Origin: Candidatus Micrarchaeota archaeon
Lineage (GTDB): Archaea; Micrarchaeota; Micrarchaeia; Anstonellales; Bilamarchaeaceae
DNA length: 64,000 bases
Direction: 5' to 3'
NCBI GenBank assembly: GCA_043812915.1
Contig: JBDRLQ010000023.1
Span: 1,582-65,581 of the forward strand
In this document: in pieces, positions 35,293 through 44,064 of the stretch
Layout: the number at the start of each line of letters is the position of its first letter
How positions within the stretch are numbered: position 1 is the stretch's first letter
Program-made: the position numbers and the translations under genes
Notes under the pieces: generated by a model
What the model was told of the DNA's origin: nothing
What the model saw: the letters and a program-made list of their open reading frames with translations, nothing else
Databases searched by the model: none

Positions 35293-38200
35293 TTATGCCT
35301 TCCTGGTCTTCCTTGGGCGTTCTCTCCCGCCCCCTAGCAATCTGTTCCGGTGCGTCTGCGCAGCCCTTCTCAAGACCTTGAAGTACTTGTCTCCAGCATC
35401 CCGAACATCCACTGAAAGCTCCTCAACAAGCCTCTTGGCATTGGCCTCCAATCTCTCCGGTTTTTCATCAGGCTTGACAATCTTTGGGTCGAGCATGAAT
35501 CTTGAAATGACGCTCTGGATGAGCCTTGCATGGGATATGTGCGCCTCTGCCGGCAGACCGTCAAGCATCTCCTCAAGCACCTCGGCTCCCTTGATTGCAG
35601 AGTCTGTCGAATCCTCAATCCTGCTATCGAGCTTCCTGGATATTGCGGCAATCCCCTTTGCCTCTTTTGGCACTTCTGCCTTCAGCCTCTCGAATCTGAA
35701 CATCTCCGGGTCTGAGTCCTCCGGGTCCCTTCCGCTCTTTACAGCAATCAGGTAATAGGCGCTCCTGGTGGCGCCAATCGCCTTATCAAGCACATCCTGC
35801 CCCATCGTAGAGCCAATCCTCTCCTGTGCCGCATCATCAAGCTCAATCCTGCTGTTTGCATCCATCACGATATCGAATCCGAGCTTCCTGAGGCCTTCCT
35901 CGAAATCCCCGCAGAATCTCTTTCCGGTGCTTGCCAGGAGAAGGGAACTTCCTTCCTTTAGCACTCTCCTGGCTTCGGAGAGGATTTCCTTAACAAGGCT
36001 CGGATGCTTCCTTGAATGGAACTGGTAGAGGCTCGAGCACTCGACAAATGAGAGCGAGCCGTCCTTGATTGGGGAATCTGGAAGCATGGCATTTGCCCGC
36101 AGCGCATTTCCGGATTCCCTGAGCATGTCAGGTTCGGCATCTATGTCTATTACTGTCGGCAACTTCTGGTCCCAGTACTCTATCTCGGCTTTTAGATCCT
36201 CCAGCGCTCCATGCACTTCTCCTGGCCCGCTAAGGAAACTGGCACCAATCCCAAGAGCGGGGATATCTCCCTCAATTGAAAGCCGAATTGCGTGGAGCAT
36301 CAGGAGCCTTGTCGAAAGGTATGGGGCAATGTATGCAAATCCTTCGGAATACTTCTTTGCCAGCTCTCCTCCCCAGTTATCGGTGGACATGCTAAGGCGC
36401 ACAAGCTCTCCGGTGCTCAGGCCGGAGCTGGCATTTCCAGGGGAGATGTGGAGCTGTCCCATGCCCTCCCCATTTGGCCCGGCAACCTCAGTTTCGCAAA
36501 GCTGCAGGCAATCCGAGATTCCGCTGAAGCTCGTTCCTTTCTTTGCCCCGCTCAGCCTTTCTGCTACTATCGCATATTTCTTTCCGCTTTTGTTCCAGCC
36601 TTCGCTCAGTTTCCTTCCAGAGAGGGCTCTGGAAATCTTCTTTCCGGCCCGGACCGCGTATTCATCCCTCACTTCATGGGCGAATTCCCTGGCGCTCTCG
36701 AAATCATCGAACCATCCGACAGCAACCATTATCTTAGGCAGCGTATCATCATACCAGGAAGCGCCGTTTGAGCCCGAGAATATGCGCTTTGAGGAATTGA
36801 CCCAGGATGATAAGCCGCTCTTCTTGAGCGCTCCCTGTGCCAGGCGCCATTTCTCCTTCCGCGCTTCCTCCAGCGAAGGGAACCTATCAGTAAATGCCTT
36901 CTTTGCCTCTTCGATTGTGAAGTTCCCCTTACTCTCCCAAATACCCTCCATTTTCTGTTTGTAGTTTTCCTCCTTTACTTTGTTTGAAAAATCCCTGGCT
37001 TCTTCCAGCGTATCAAACCATCCCGCCCCAAGCATGAGGTGCGGAAGCACCGTGGGGTACCATTTGCCGGGTTTTCCATTTTCCTCCTTGAACATAGCAC
37101 CTGTCCTGAAAAACCAGTGCCCGCTCTTTTCCTTGGCCTTCTTGGCAAGCCTGGAGGGTGAGAGCAGGGCCGGATTCTCAACGACCGCCGCCTTCGATGG
37201 GAATTCCTCTGAAAAAGCCTTGTATATGTCATGCTCATCCATCTTGTCCCGGTCGCGCAGGCTGATTCCGAATTCTAGTGCTTCCTCCATTGTCGCAAAC
37301 CAGCCGGACCGGAAAGCAAGGGCGGGAAGGACACTCTCATACCATTTCTTGCTCTCCCCGCCAAATATCCTGACTGCGGGGTGGAACCATTTCCATCTCT
37401 TTGCCTCTTTCCCGCCTCCCTTTGCTTTCTTATGAATCTGGCTCGGGCCTATTGAGGCGGGATTTGCCCGAACCGCCTCCAGAGAAGGGAAACACCTCAT
37501 GAATGCCTCAACTACCTGCTCTTTGCTCATAAGCCCTCTTGCCCGCCGATGTTTTTCATGCCTGCGGACGGATGCGGCGGCCTCTACCTTCTCAACAAAC
37601 GCCCTGGCTTCTTCCTCACTGGAGAACCATCCTGCCTTCAATATCAGCTGGGGCAGCGAATCCCGGTACCAGTCAGCCCTCTCTTCACCCTCGCGTCTAA
37701 ATATTGTGCGGGCCGAATAGTACCAATGGCCCTTGTGCAGCCTCTCAACTATCGCAGGCCTTCCAAGGGCCGCAAGGTCTTTTTCTGCTTCCTTAAGAGA
37801 AGGGAAATCATTCTGGAATCCCTCCACAATCTCATCCATGCCCATTTTCAAAATTTTCTTGGCTGTCTCCTCCGCCCTGCTTTTTATGGAAGCCCTTCGG
37901 ACCTCTTCAGAGAATTCCCTTGCCTCCTCAAAAGAGCCGAACCATCCTGCCTCAAGGGCCAGGTTTGGCAGGACCATTCCATACCATGATCCGATGGATT
38001 TTCCCTTGGATTTCCTGAATATCGAGCCGGCTGAATGGAACCACCTCCTTCCCTTGGCATCTTCCAGCTGCCTTACTGCGGACCTGCTTAGGGCTGAGAT
38101 GTCTCTGCGGGCTTCTTCAAGAGATGGGAAAGCCTGGCTGAATGCCTGGATGATTTCCTCCTTGCCCATCTTCTTGTTGCGTTCCTTGCTGCTAAACTCC

Positions 38201-39144
38201 CGAACTTCTGATGCGAACTCCCTGGCCTCCTCAATTGTAGTGAACCATCCGGCCTCCATTGCCAGGCCTGGCAGCACCTGCCTATACCACTTGCCATTTT
38301 TCCCATCCTGCTGCATGAACGCCGTTTTGGCTGAGTTGAGCCAGGCACCCCCTCCTGCAACCTCCTTGGCTGCCTTCGCTGCGCTAAGGCGGCTAAGATC
38401 CTTCTCTGTTTCCTCCATGCTGGGGAATGCCTGCCTGAAGGCTTCCACAATTTCCTCTTTTGAGAAATTTCTTCGCATATCTTTCAGTGGCTTTGTTGCT
38501 TCCAGTTTTCTGGATTTGCGCACTTCTTCAGCGAATTTGCGGGCTTCATCCATATTATCGAACCAACTTGCCCTCATCACAAGCCCTGGCAGCACTTCAT
38601 CATACCAGTTCCCATTTCTCCCATCCGCCTTGCTAAAGACTATGATTGCGGTATTGTAGAAGTCACGTGTTGGCTTATCATCCGAATTGACGAACGCAGC
38701 GCATGCAAGGGATTCCATTTTCCCCCTCGCATCCTCAAGGGACGGGAATCTCTTGCTGAATTCGCTCATCAGCTCATCATCATCCATTGCCCTCTTTGCC
38801 CTGGATACCCTCTCTATCCCCTTTTGCTTGCCGCAGGCCTTAACTTCCATTGAGAAAGCCTTCGCCTTTTCAATGTCATCGAAATATCCAAGGGAATGGA
38901 GCAGGCCCGGAAGGGCGTTTTCATACCAGTTCCCCCTCTTCTGCCCCGCCTCTGCATACAGGCTGAGAGCCAGATAGTACCAGTTCGGTTCGTTTCCTTT
39001 TGCCGCAGCAAGCGCCCTTTTTGTAGTTAGCTCGAACATGTTCGCTTTGGCGTGCTGTAGGCTAGGGAAAAATCGTGTGAATTCTGCCTTTAGGAGTTCC
39101 AGCCTCTCCTCTCTGCTCCTTGCCATACCAGTAATAATATGCAT
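35293..39144 (-). CDS. 1283-aa protein: eight tandem ~100-aa repeats + C-terminal class I methyltransferase-like domain + basic tail
   Basis: One uninterrupted ORF. Repeat anchor FPS[LMK] falls at aa 26, 133, 240, 339, 447, 552, 648 and 755. Each unit ends ..WY..[VS]LP.L....GWF....EA..F... C-terminal region has IPALGIGASFLSGPG, TVIDIDAEPDML, GSLSFVECSSLYQF and ARRVLKEGSSLLLAS. Confidence 0.7.
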   Translation of the reverse strand: MHIITGMARSREERLELLKAEFTRFFPSLQHAKANMFELTTKRALAAAKGNEPNWYYLALSLYAEAGQKRGNWYENALPGLLHSLGYFDDIEKAKAFSMEVKACGKQKGIERVSRAKRAMDDDELMSEFSKRFPSLEDARGKMESLACAAFVNSDDKPTRDFYNTAIIVFSKADGRNGNWYDEVLPGLVMRASWFDNMDEARKFAEEVRKSRKLEATKPLKDMRRNFSKEEIVEAFRQAFPSMEETEKDLSRLSAAKAAKEVAGGGAWLNSAKTAFMQQDGKNGKWYRQVLPGLAMEAGWFTTIEEAREFASEVREFSSKERNKKMGKEEIIQAFSQAFPSLEEARRDISALSRSAVRQLEDAKGRRWFHSAGSIFRKSKGKSIGSWYGMVLPNLALEAGWFGSFEEAREFSEEVRRASIKSRAEETAKKILKMGMDEIVEGFQNDFPSLKEAEKDLAALGRPAIVERLHKGHWYYSARTIFRREGEERADWYRDSLPQLILKAGWFSSEEEARAFVEKVEAAASVRRHEKHRRARGLMSKEQVVEAFMRCFPSLEAVRANPASIGPSQIHKKAKGGGKEAKRWKWFHPAVRIFGGESKKWYESVLPALAFRSGWFATMEEALEFGISLRDRDKMDEHDIYKAFSEEFPSKAAVVENPALLSPSRLAKKAKEKSGHWFFRTGAMFKEENGKPGKWYPTVLPHLMLGAGWFDTLEEARDFSNKVKEENYKQKMEGIWESKGNFTIEEAKKAFTDRFPSLEEARKEKWRLAQGALKKSGLSSWVNSSKRIFSGSNGASWYDDTLPKIMVAVGWFDDFESAREFAHEVRDEYAVRAGKKISRALSGRKLSEGWNKSGKKYAIVAERLSGAKKGTSFSGISDCLQLCETEVAGPNGEGMGQLHISPGNASSGLSTGELVRLSMSTDNWGGELAKKYSEGFAYIAPYLSTRLLMLHAIRLSIEGDIPALGIGASFLSGPGEVHGALEDLKAEIEYWDQKLPTVIDIDAEPDMLRESGNALRANAMLPDSPIKDGSLSFVECSSLYQFHSRKHPSLVKEILSEARRVLKEGSSLLLASTGKRFCGDFEEGLRKLGFDIVMDANSRIELDDAAQERIGSTMGQDVLDKAIGATRSAYYLIAVKSGRDPEDSDPEMFRFERLKAEVPKEAKGIAAISRKLDSRIEDSTDSAIKGAEVLEEMLDGLPAEAHISHARLIQSVISRFMLDPKIVKPDEKPERLEANAKRLVEELSVDVRDAGDKYFKVLRRAAQTHRNRLLGGGRERPRKTRKA
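36655..39117 (-). repeat. eight diverged tandem coding repeats (~290-325 nt each) inside the 1283-aa ORF
   Basis: Protein-level periodicity is 96-108 aa between FPSL anchors. The nucleotide copies are diverged, so this is not a recent duplication. Confidence 0.7.
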
Positions 39145-39275
39145 AATTACATTTATATACGTTTCTTGCCACCTTTGGCTTTATGGCAACTTATCTCGCA
39201 GCCTTTCCTTAAAAAAAGTCGAATTGTCTAAAAATGGGGTATGAAAAAAGAAGCATCCAGGATTTCGTTTCCGAT

Positions 39276-39830
39276 TCAGGGATTTCTCCCGAATCCCTGG
39301 CCAACAAGCACCTTCTCTCTGAACTCATCCACTATGCTCCCGACATAGAGCGAGAGCGAGCCAAAGAGCATTGTAAGGGCGGTTGTTACACCCAGGAAGA
39401 ACCCGATTGCGAAGACGTCCATCTCGGGGTCCATCTGGCCCATCGCCAGGAAGGTGTAGAAAGAGAGCCCGAGGATTGCCGCGCAGTAGAGGGCGATTAC
39501 CCGGTACCTCCCGATGATTATCTTAATTCCTGCCAGGCGGAGCAGGGTCTGGCCGAATGCCCCGATAATGGAATACAGGAATGAGAATATAGGGATTATC
39601 GCGAATATCTCATTTGCCCCAAGGCTAGTCCTGAATGAGAAGTTCCCTGATTCATCCCCGAATATTGAGAGGAATATCGAGAGGAAGGACTCGGAGAAGA
39701 AAGTGGAGACAAGCGCAACCGAGAGCATGAATATGATGAAAAGAACTGCCGGGAAGGCGAACCAGTTCTCGATTATGGATAACCCGAAATCGATTACCCA
39801 AATGATTGGCATCTCTTCTTTCTTTTTCAT
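39276..39830 (-). CDS. hypothetical membrane protein
   Basis: 184 aa with about 5 TM segments. No family recognised. Confidence 0.5.
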   Translation of the reverse strand: MKKKEEMPIIWVIDFGLSIIENWFAFPAVLFIIFMLSVALVSTFFSESFLSIFLSIFGDESGNFSFRTSLGANEIFAIIPIFSFLYSIIGAFGQTLLRLAGIKIIIGRYRVIALYCAAILGLSFYTFLAMGQMDPEMDVFAIGFFLGVTTALTMLFGSLSLYVGSIVDEFREKVLVGQGFGRNP

Positions 39831-39884
39831 ATAAGGAGAATAGAATCACTAGATTAAAAAATACTCTCGGGGCTCTTGCCCTTC

Positions 39885-40799
39885 CTAAGACGCCTTGCCA
39901 ACTGCAGGGTTGATACTAACAAGCTGCGCAAGCAGCGCTTCCCTGCCATACTCGTACTTCAGGCTGATTATGACATTGTCCCCGTCCCTTACCTTGAACG
40001 GCGTCGCGTAGAAATGCTCATCAGTAACTTCGAACGGAACCCCGTTGCAGAGCATCCGGTATTCGCCGGTAGTCTGCCCTCCCGGGTAATGCAGTTCTGT
40101 TTTGAGGAGGAGCGAGCCAGAGGTAATTTCTCCAGGCACATCTGCTCTTGCCCTGAAGCTTATGATGGCATCCACCCCGTCCCGGTCAATGGTCCTCATG
40201 TCGACTACATCGAAGATTTCAGGATCTGATATCGGCACTCCGGATGCGTTGCAGAGGGTAAGGGTGGAGACTGCCTTCTCCGGGATGAAAACCGTATCTT
40301 CCCCAACATGCGCGCGTATGAATCTCATAGCCTTGACCATCGGCTCAGATAGCAGCCCTGTCCCAATCAGCTCTGCCAGAACGAAATCCACTTTTTTTGG
40401 GATATAATAGCTCATCAGCCAGTCGAATATGTTGCTCTCGATGATTTCCAGCCGGTCATTGAACCCGAGCCTCGCAGCGCTACGGACAAGAACCCTGCAG
40501 AGCTCTTCTGATTGCTCTATTGCGACAACCTTTCCCCCTCCCGCATTCAGGAACGCGAAGGAAAGCGGCCCGCAGCCTGCCCCGAGGTCGATTGCAGTTG
40601 CGCCTTCTTCAGTTGCATTCTCAACAATTTCCATCAGGTCAAGCGTCCTGTGCTCGTCTTTGAGGCACTGGCCCCCAAGCGTATTCCTGGTTTCATTGAC
40701 CTTTGCCATCTCTTCGAGCATGACAGCGCGCATCTTTTCCCTGGAGTGGCGCTTTGGCCTGCCGCTTTTGGAAATCCTTCTGGCCGCTAGATTCTTCAT
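39885..40799 (-). CDS. protein arginine N-methyltransferase (PRMT)-like class I methyltransferase
   Basis: CLKDEHRTLDLM (compare PRMT ML.D..RT..Y), motif I AIDLGAGCGPLSF, VVAIEQS, double-E-like loop LAELIGTGLLSEPMV, and a C-terminal beta-rich domain. Confidence 0.6.
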   Translation of the reverse strand: MKNLAARRISKSGRPKRHSREKMRAVMLEEMAKVNETRNTLGGQCLKDEHRTLDLMEIVENATEEGATAIDLGAGCGPLSFAFLNAGGGKVVAIEQSEELCRVLVRSAARLGFNDRLEIIESNIFDWLMSYYIPKKVDFVLAELIGTGLLSEPMVKAMRFIRAHVGEDTVFIPEKAVSTLTLCNASGVPISDPEIFDVVDMRTIDRDGVDAIISFRARADVPGEITSGSLLLKTELHYPGGQTTGEYRMLCNGVPFEVTDEHFYATPFKVRDGDNVIISLKYEYGREALLAQLVSINPAVGKAS

Positions 40800-40847
40800 T
40801 GAATATTATATGGTAATTAATGTATATAAATGTTTGTAGAAGAAGGG

Positions 40848-42152
40848 CTACCTTCTTGAGAATCCGACAGAAGTAATCTCCCTTCCAGTTGTTCCGACTG
40901 AAACATCCCATGAAGCACCTTCTGCCTCAACGATGTCCCCGTCCCTGAACCTGTGGAGCACCTGGTGCTGCTCAACCCACACGCCAAGATCAAGCTCATT
41001 TAGGACCATCGGAAGGACATACATCACGTATTCATTGCCTTCCTCATCCCACGTGAATCCGTGCAAGTTGTTGAATGCCTCCATGCGAAATCCATTAACT
41101 GATACTGTGGTCTGGATTGAGTTGGAATCAGGGTCGATGAATACTTCCTCCATCTCTACCGGAGTTGGGGACTCGAATACCCTGTTCCTCTCATGCAGGG
41201 CCTCCCCGCCGCAGAACTCGCCTTCCATGCACCTTGTCAGCTGGATTTCCGCGTCTTCCGGGTCCTCGCTTGTAACATGCACTGCCCAGGTGGCATCATC
41301 CATGAATGGCCTCAGGTCGATATACGGAAGAACCCCTAATTCACTCCTGTAGAAAAGATCGTGCATGCCAAGTTCATCTCCCTGGACCAGGAAAATCCCT
41401 TCTGCGAATTCAATTTCCATGCCTATCATGGTCTCATAAAGGATGAATTCAGGATCATCTTCGTAGACCACCCTCTCCAGGGTAGTGGTTTTTGTATAGG
41501 CAAAATCATTGCTGTCATATATCCTGATTTCAGCACAGGGGACATATCCTTCTGAATCAAGGGCATATCCTGCAGATACCCTGATATTGCCGGTCAGTTC
41601 AATTGAATCAGGCGGGGATAAGATGCTCCCTAGTGATGACGTGAGTGTCTCTCTTGCCCGGAACCCTTCTGGCCCCCTGACATCCACATCGACAAGGTTG
41701 CCTGTCCACAGGCCAACTGCGTCTGGGCCAACTTCAACGTTTTCAACTTCTATTTCGAATCCCATGTATTCAAGTTCAGTAGTTCTACAGCCTTCCCCGC
41801 GATATTCCCTTTCCATCGCGAATGAGATTTCCTCTGTTTCAGTCTCGGTCAACGTAATTGTCCTTCTTACATCCGAATCAGGCTCTGCATCAAACGGAGC
41901 ATCAGCATCATGATTGTCAATATCAGAATCAGGGCCAGAATCAGGCCTTGCATCAGGGGCAGCATCAGGGCCGGATGCGTCTGTTGGAGGGTTCGGCCTC
42001 ACATCGAGGGCCGTCTTTGCGCCGCAGCTTGTTATGAGCGGAGCTACAAGTAGCGCAGTAGTGACAACTGCTCTCTTGAACCAGTTGCTTTTCTTCTGCT
42101 TCTCTCCTTTCTTGCTTCCGACTTCCCCGCTCTTTAGCTGCCTCTCGACCAT
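40848..42152 (-). CDS. secreted/lipoprotein with D/P/A-rich linker
   Basis: TM/lipobox is TTALLVAPLITSCGA, followed by RPNPPTDASGPDAAPDARPDSGPDSDIDNHDADAPFDAEPDSD and then a globular region. No family recognised. Confidence 0.55.
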   Translation of the reverse strand: MVERQLKSGEVGSKKGEKQKKSNWFKRAVVTTALLVAPLITSCGAKTALDVRPNPPTDASGPDAAPDARPDSGPDSDIDNHDADAPFDAEPDSDVRRTITLTETETEEISFAMEREYRGEGCRTTELEYMGFEIEVENVEVGPDAVGLWTGNLVDVDVRGPEGFRARETLTSSLGSILSPPDSIELTGNIRVSAGYALDSEGYVPCAEIRIYDSNDFAYTKTTTLERVVYEDDPEFILYETMIGMEIEFAEGIFLVQGDELGMHDLFYRSELGVLPYIDLRPFMDDATWAVHVTSEDPEDAEIQLTRCMEGEFCGGEALHERNRVFESPTPVEMEEVFIDPDSNSIQTTVSVNGFRMEAFNNLHGFTWDEEGNEYVMYVLPMVLNELDLGVWVEQHQVLHRFRDGDIVEAEGASWDVSVGTTGREITSVGFSRR

Positions 42153-42283
42153 ACTGGATATATATGTGTAATTAGGTTAATAAACGTGATGATTGACGTG
42201 AAATAACCTGAAATCACGCCAATGCTAGGGAAAAATTAAAAGGAAAGGAAAATACTTCGATAATTATTAGCCAAAATATAGAC

Positions 42284-43726
42284 CTAGTAGTTCTCCTTCG
42301 GCTTCTCCCCTCTTAGCACCCTCAACACATTCCTCTTGATTAGCGCCGTAACTGGAAGCGCCCCGACAACTTCGATAATCCTTGATTCGTTCTTGAGCAG
42401 CTTGACCAATGCTTCATCATCCATTCTTTTCATGTTCTCGACCTGCGCGTCCCACACAGGGTCATTGTAGTTCTGCCCCCAGAAGACCAGGGCCCGCGCG
42501 ATATGGAATGTCAGGTCATGCACCCTGGCCTCCGCCCTCCTCCTGTCATAATTCTCCTTGAGGGCGGCATCATCACTGGATTCCTCGATAGCAACAGCAG
42601 CTGCCAGTCCGGATTCAATTCCTCTCCGAACCCCTTCTGCGGATAATGGGGTTGCATCCAGGCCGGCGTCCCCTATCCTGATTATGCCATTCTCGCACTG
42701 GGCAAGCATCCGCGGATATGGAATCAGCCCGAGCAGGCTCTCCCTAAGGTATCCTGACTGGGGGATGGTGTTGAATGTCTCCTCCACAATCTGAGCCCCC
42801 CCGAAGTGTCCTTCCATCTGCGGGTCGTTGGCAATCTCCTTCCACATGCGTTTCCTGTGGATATCCAGTATCATGTTTCCGGTAATCCCCGGCGCCTGCA
42901 GAAGCCCCGGGCCCCCAAAATCATCCATGGTAAAGACCACGTGATGGAAATCCACAGGATAGAAGCAGGCGCAGGAGGTGTTGGTCGGATCCTCCGTATC
43001 CCTGTTCGGGTCGGTATCCAGCCTGAAGACCCCTCTCTTGAGGAACCAGTCAGGGAAAGGTGTTTCCACCTTCAGCAGGAACTCCGAGCAGTTGTGCCAC
43101 TCTATCGGGACGAAATTCGGGGAAGTCAGCATCTTAGCCCCACTGGCGTCTATGAGGACATCATACCTGAATGCGCCATTGTCCGTGAATACCTGCTTGT
43201 TCTTTGCATCTATACCTTCCACTGTGGTTCCGAATACGAAGTGGTCCAGCATGCCGACGCTCAGTATTGCATGGACAGTCACAGGGTCCATGTTGTCCAG
43301 GGCGCACCGCCATCTCGCCTCTCCATTCTGGGAGACGAAGGCGAATGTGTCCAGCTGGTTGCGCACCATAGCCGTTTCTGCCCATTCCCTTATCTGGTTG
43401 TCAGAGAGGCAGTGGAACGCGCCCATTATCTTTCTTCTCCTCTCACTGCCCTCGAAGGTGTGCTCGAAGTGCGGGTATTTTTCCTTGTCCCCGAATCCGA
43501 AGGCGTCTTTTTTCAGGGCTTCCCTCAGGGGCTGCATAAGGTCGAATTTGTCGATTAGCGCCCTATGCCACTTCCTCCATGTGCAGTATTTGGAGTTCGG
43601 GTGGGTCAGGTCCTTGTTCCTCTCCACCACTTTCAGCCGGACTTTCCCGTCCTGGACAGCTTTCCTCAATGCGGCGGTAATCCCTGATCCGGCAGAGCCG
43701 CCTCCGATGACTACAACTCGTTTCAT
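42284..43726 (-). CDS. FAD-dependent oxidoreductase (geranylgeranyl-reductase-like family)
   Basis: N-terminal dinucleotide fold MKRVVVIGGGSAGSG and C-terminal ..IGDAGLDATPLSAEGVRRGIESGLAAA.. (GD motif). ATG 43726 was chosen. Confidence 0.6.
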   Translation of the reverse strand: MKRVVVIGGGSAGSGITAALRKAVQDGKVRLKVVERNKDLTHPNSKYCTWRKWHRALIDKFDLMQPLREALKKDAFGFGDKEKYPHFEHTFEGSERRRKIMGAFHCLSDNQIREWAETAMVRNQLDTFAFVSQNGEARWRCALDNMDPVTVHAILSVGMLDHFVFGTTVEGIDAKNKQVFTDNGAFRYDVLIDASGAKMLTSPNFVPIEWHNCSEFLLKVETPFPDWFLKRGVFRLDTDPNRDTEDPTNTSCACFYPVDFHHVVFTMDDFGGPGLLQAPGITGNMILDIHRKRMWKEIANDPQMEGHFGGAQIVEETFNTIPQSGYLRESLLGLIPYPRMLAQCENGIIRIGDAGLDATPLSAEGVRRGIESGLAAAVAIEESSDDAALKENYDRRRAEARVHDLTFHIARALVFWGQNYNDPVWDAQVENMKRMDDEALVKLLKNESRIIEVVGALPVTALIKRNVLRVLRGEKPKENY

Positions 43727-43848
43727 GGGAACAATCGTGCTGCGAGGATGTTTTAATGGTTTTCTAGACAACTGCTTGAAACTGAATACCCAATTTACCA
43801 TCTATCCTTAACCTATTATACGTCTGAAATAACCAGCCTCCCGCTAGC

Positions 43849-43856
43849 TTTATAAA
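43849..43856 (+). promoter_or_regulatory. TATA box (TTTATAAA) of the 23S rRNA transcription unit
   Basis: This is the only strong TATA element in the 340-nt non-coding region upstream of the 23S gene. It predicts a structured leader of about 260 nt. Confidence 0.45.
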
Positions 43857-44048
43857 CCCGCACCTCCATATTAATCGTCCTATCTATCCTGCTGAGGATT
43901 GATAGGGCCCCAATTTGTTTTGGATTCCCCTCGTGGGAAGACGCTAAAAAACATTTAGAGGCTTTGTTGGCACCCTGGTTCTCTGGGACTCTGGTTCTTC
44001 AGACCGGGTGCTGGTCTCTCCCCGTATTTCGGGGAAATTGATGCGTGT

Positions 44049-44064
44049 GAAATGATGACAAGAA
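44049..44064 (+). other. 5' arm of pre-23S long-range processing stem
   Basis: GAAATGATGACAAGAA is perfectly complementary to 47238..47253 (TTCTTGTCATCATTTC). The inner pairing 44112-44131 with 47207-47224 is nested inside it. Confidence 0.7.

Noticed and set aside
35378-38977. Several plus-strand ORFs (for example 36065..36964 and 37733..38659) inside the 1283-aa gene.
   Set aside because: They are antisense to a single 3.85-kb uninterrupted ORF with strong internal protein-level periodicity. Their translations are S/L/A/F-rich shadows.
42806-43811. Plus-strand ORFs 42806..43558 and 42978..43811.
   Set aside because: They are antisense to the FAD-dependent oxidoreductase, which has clear GGGSAGSG and GD motifs.
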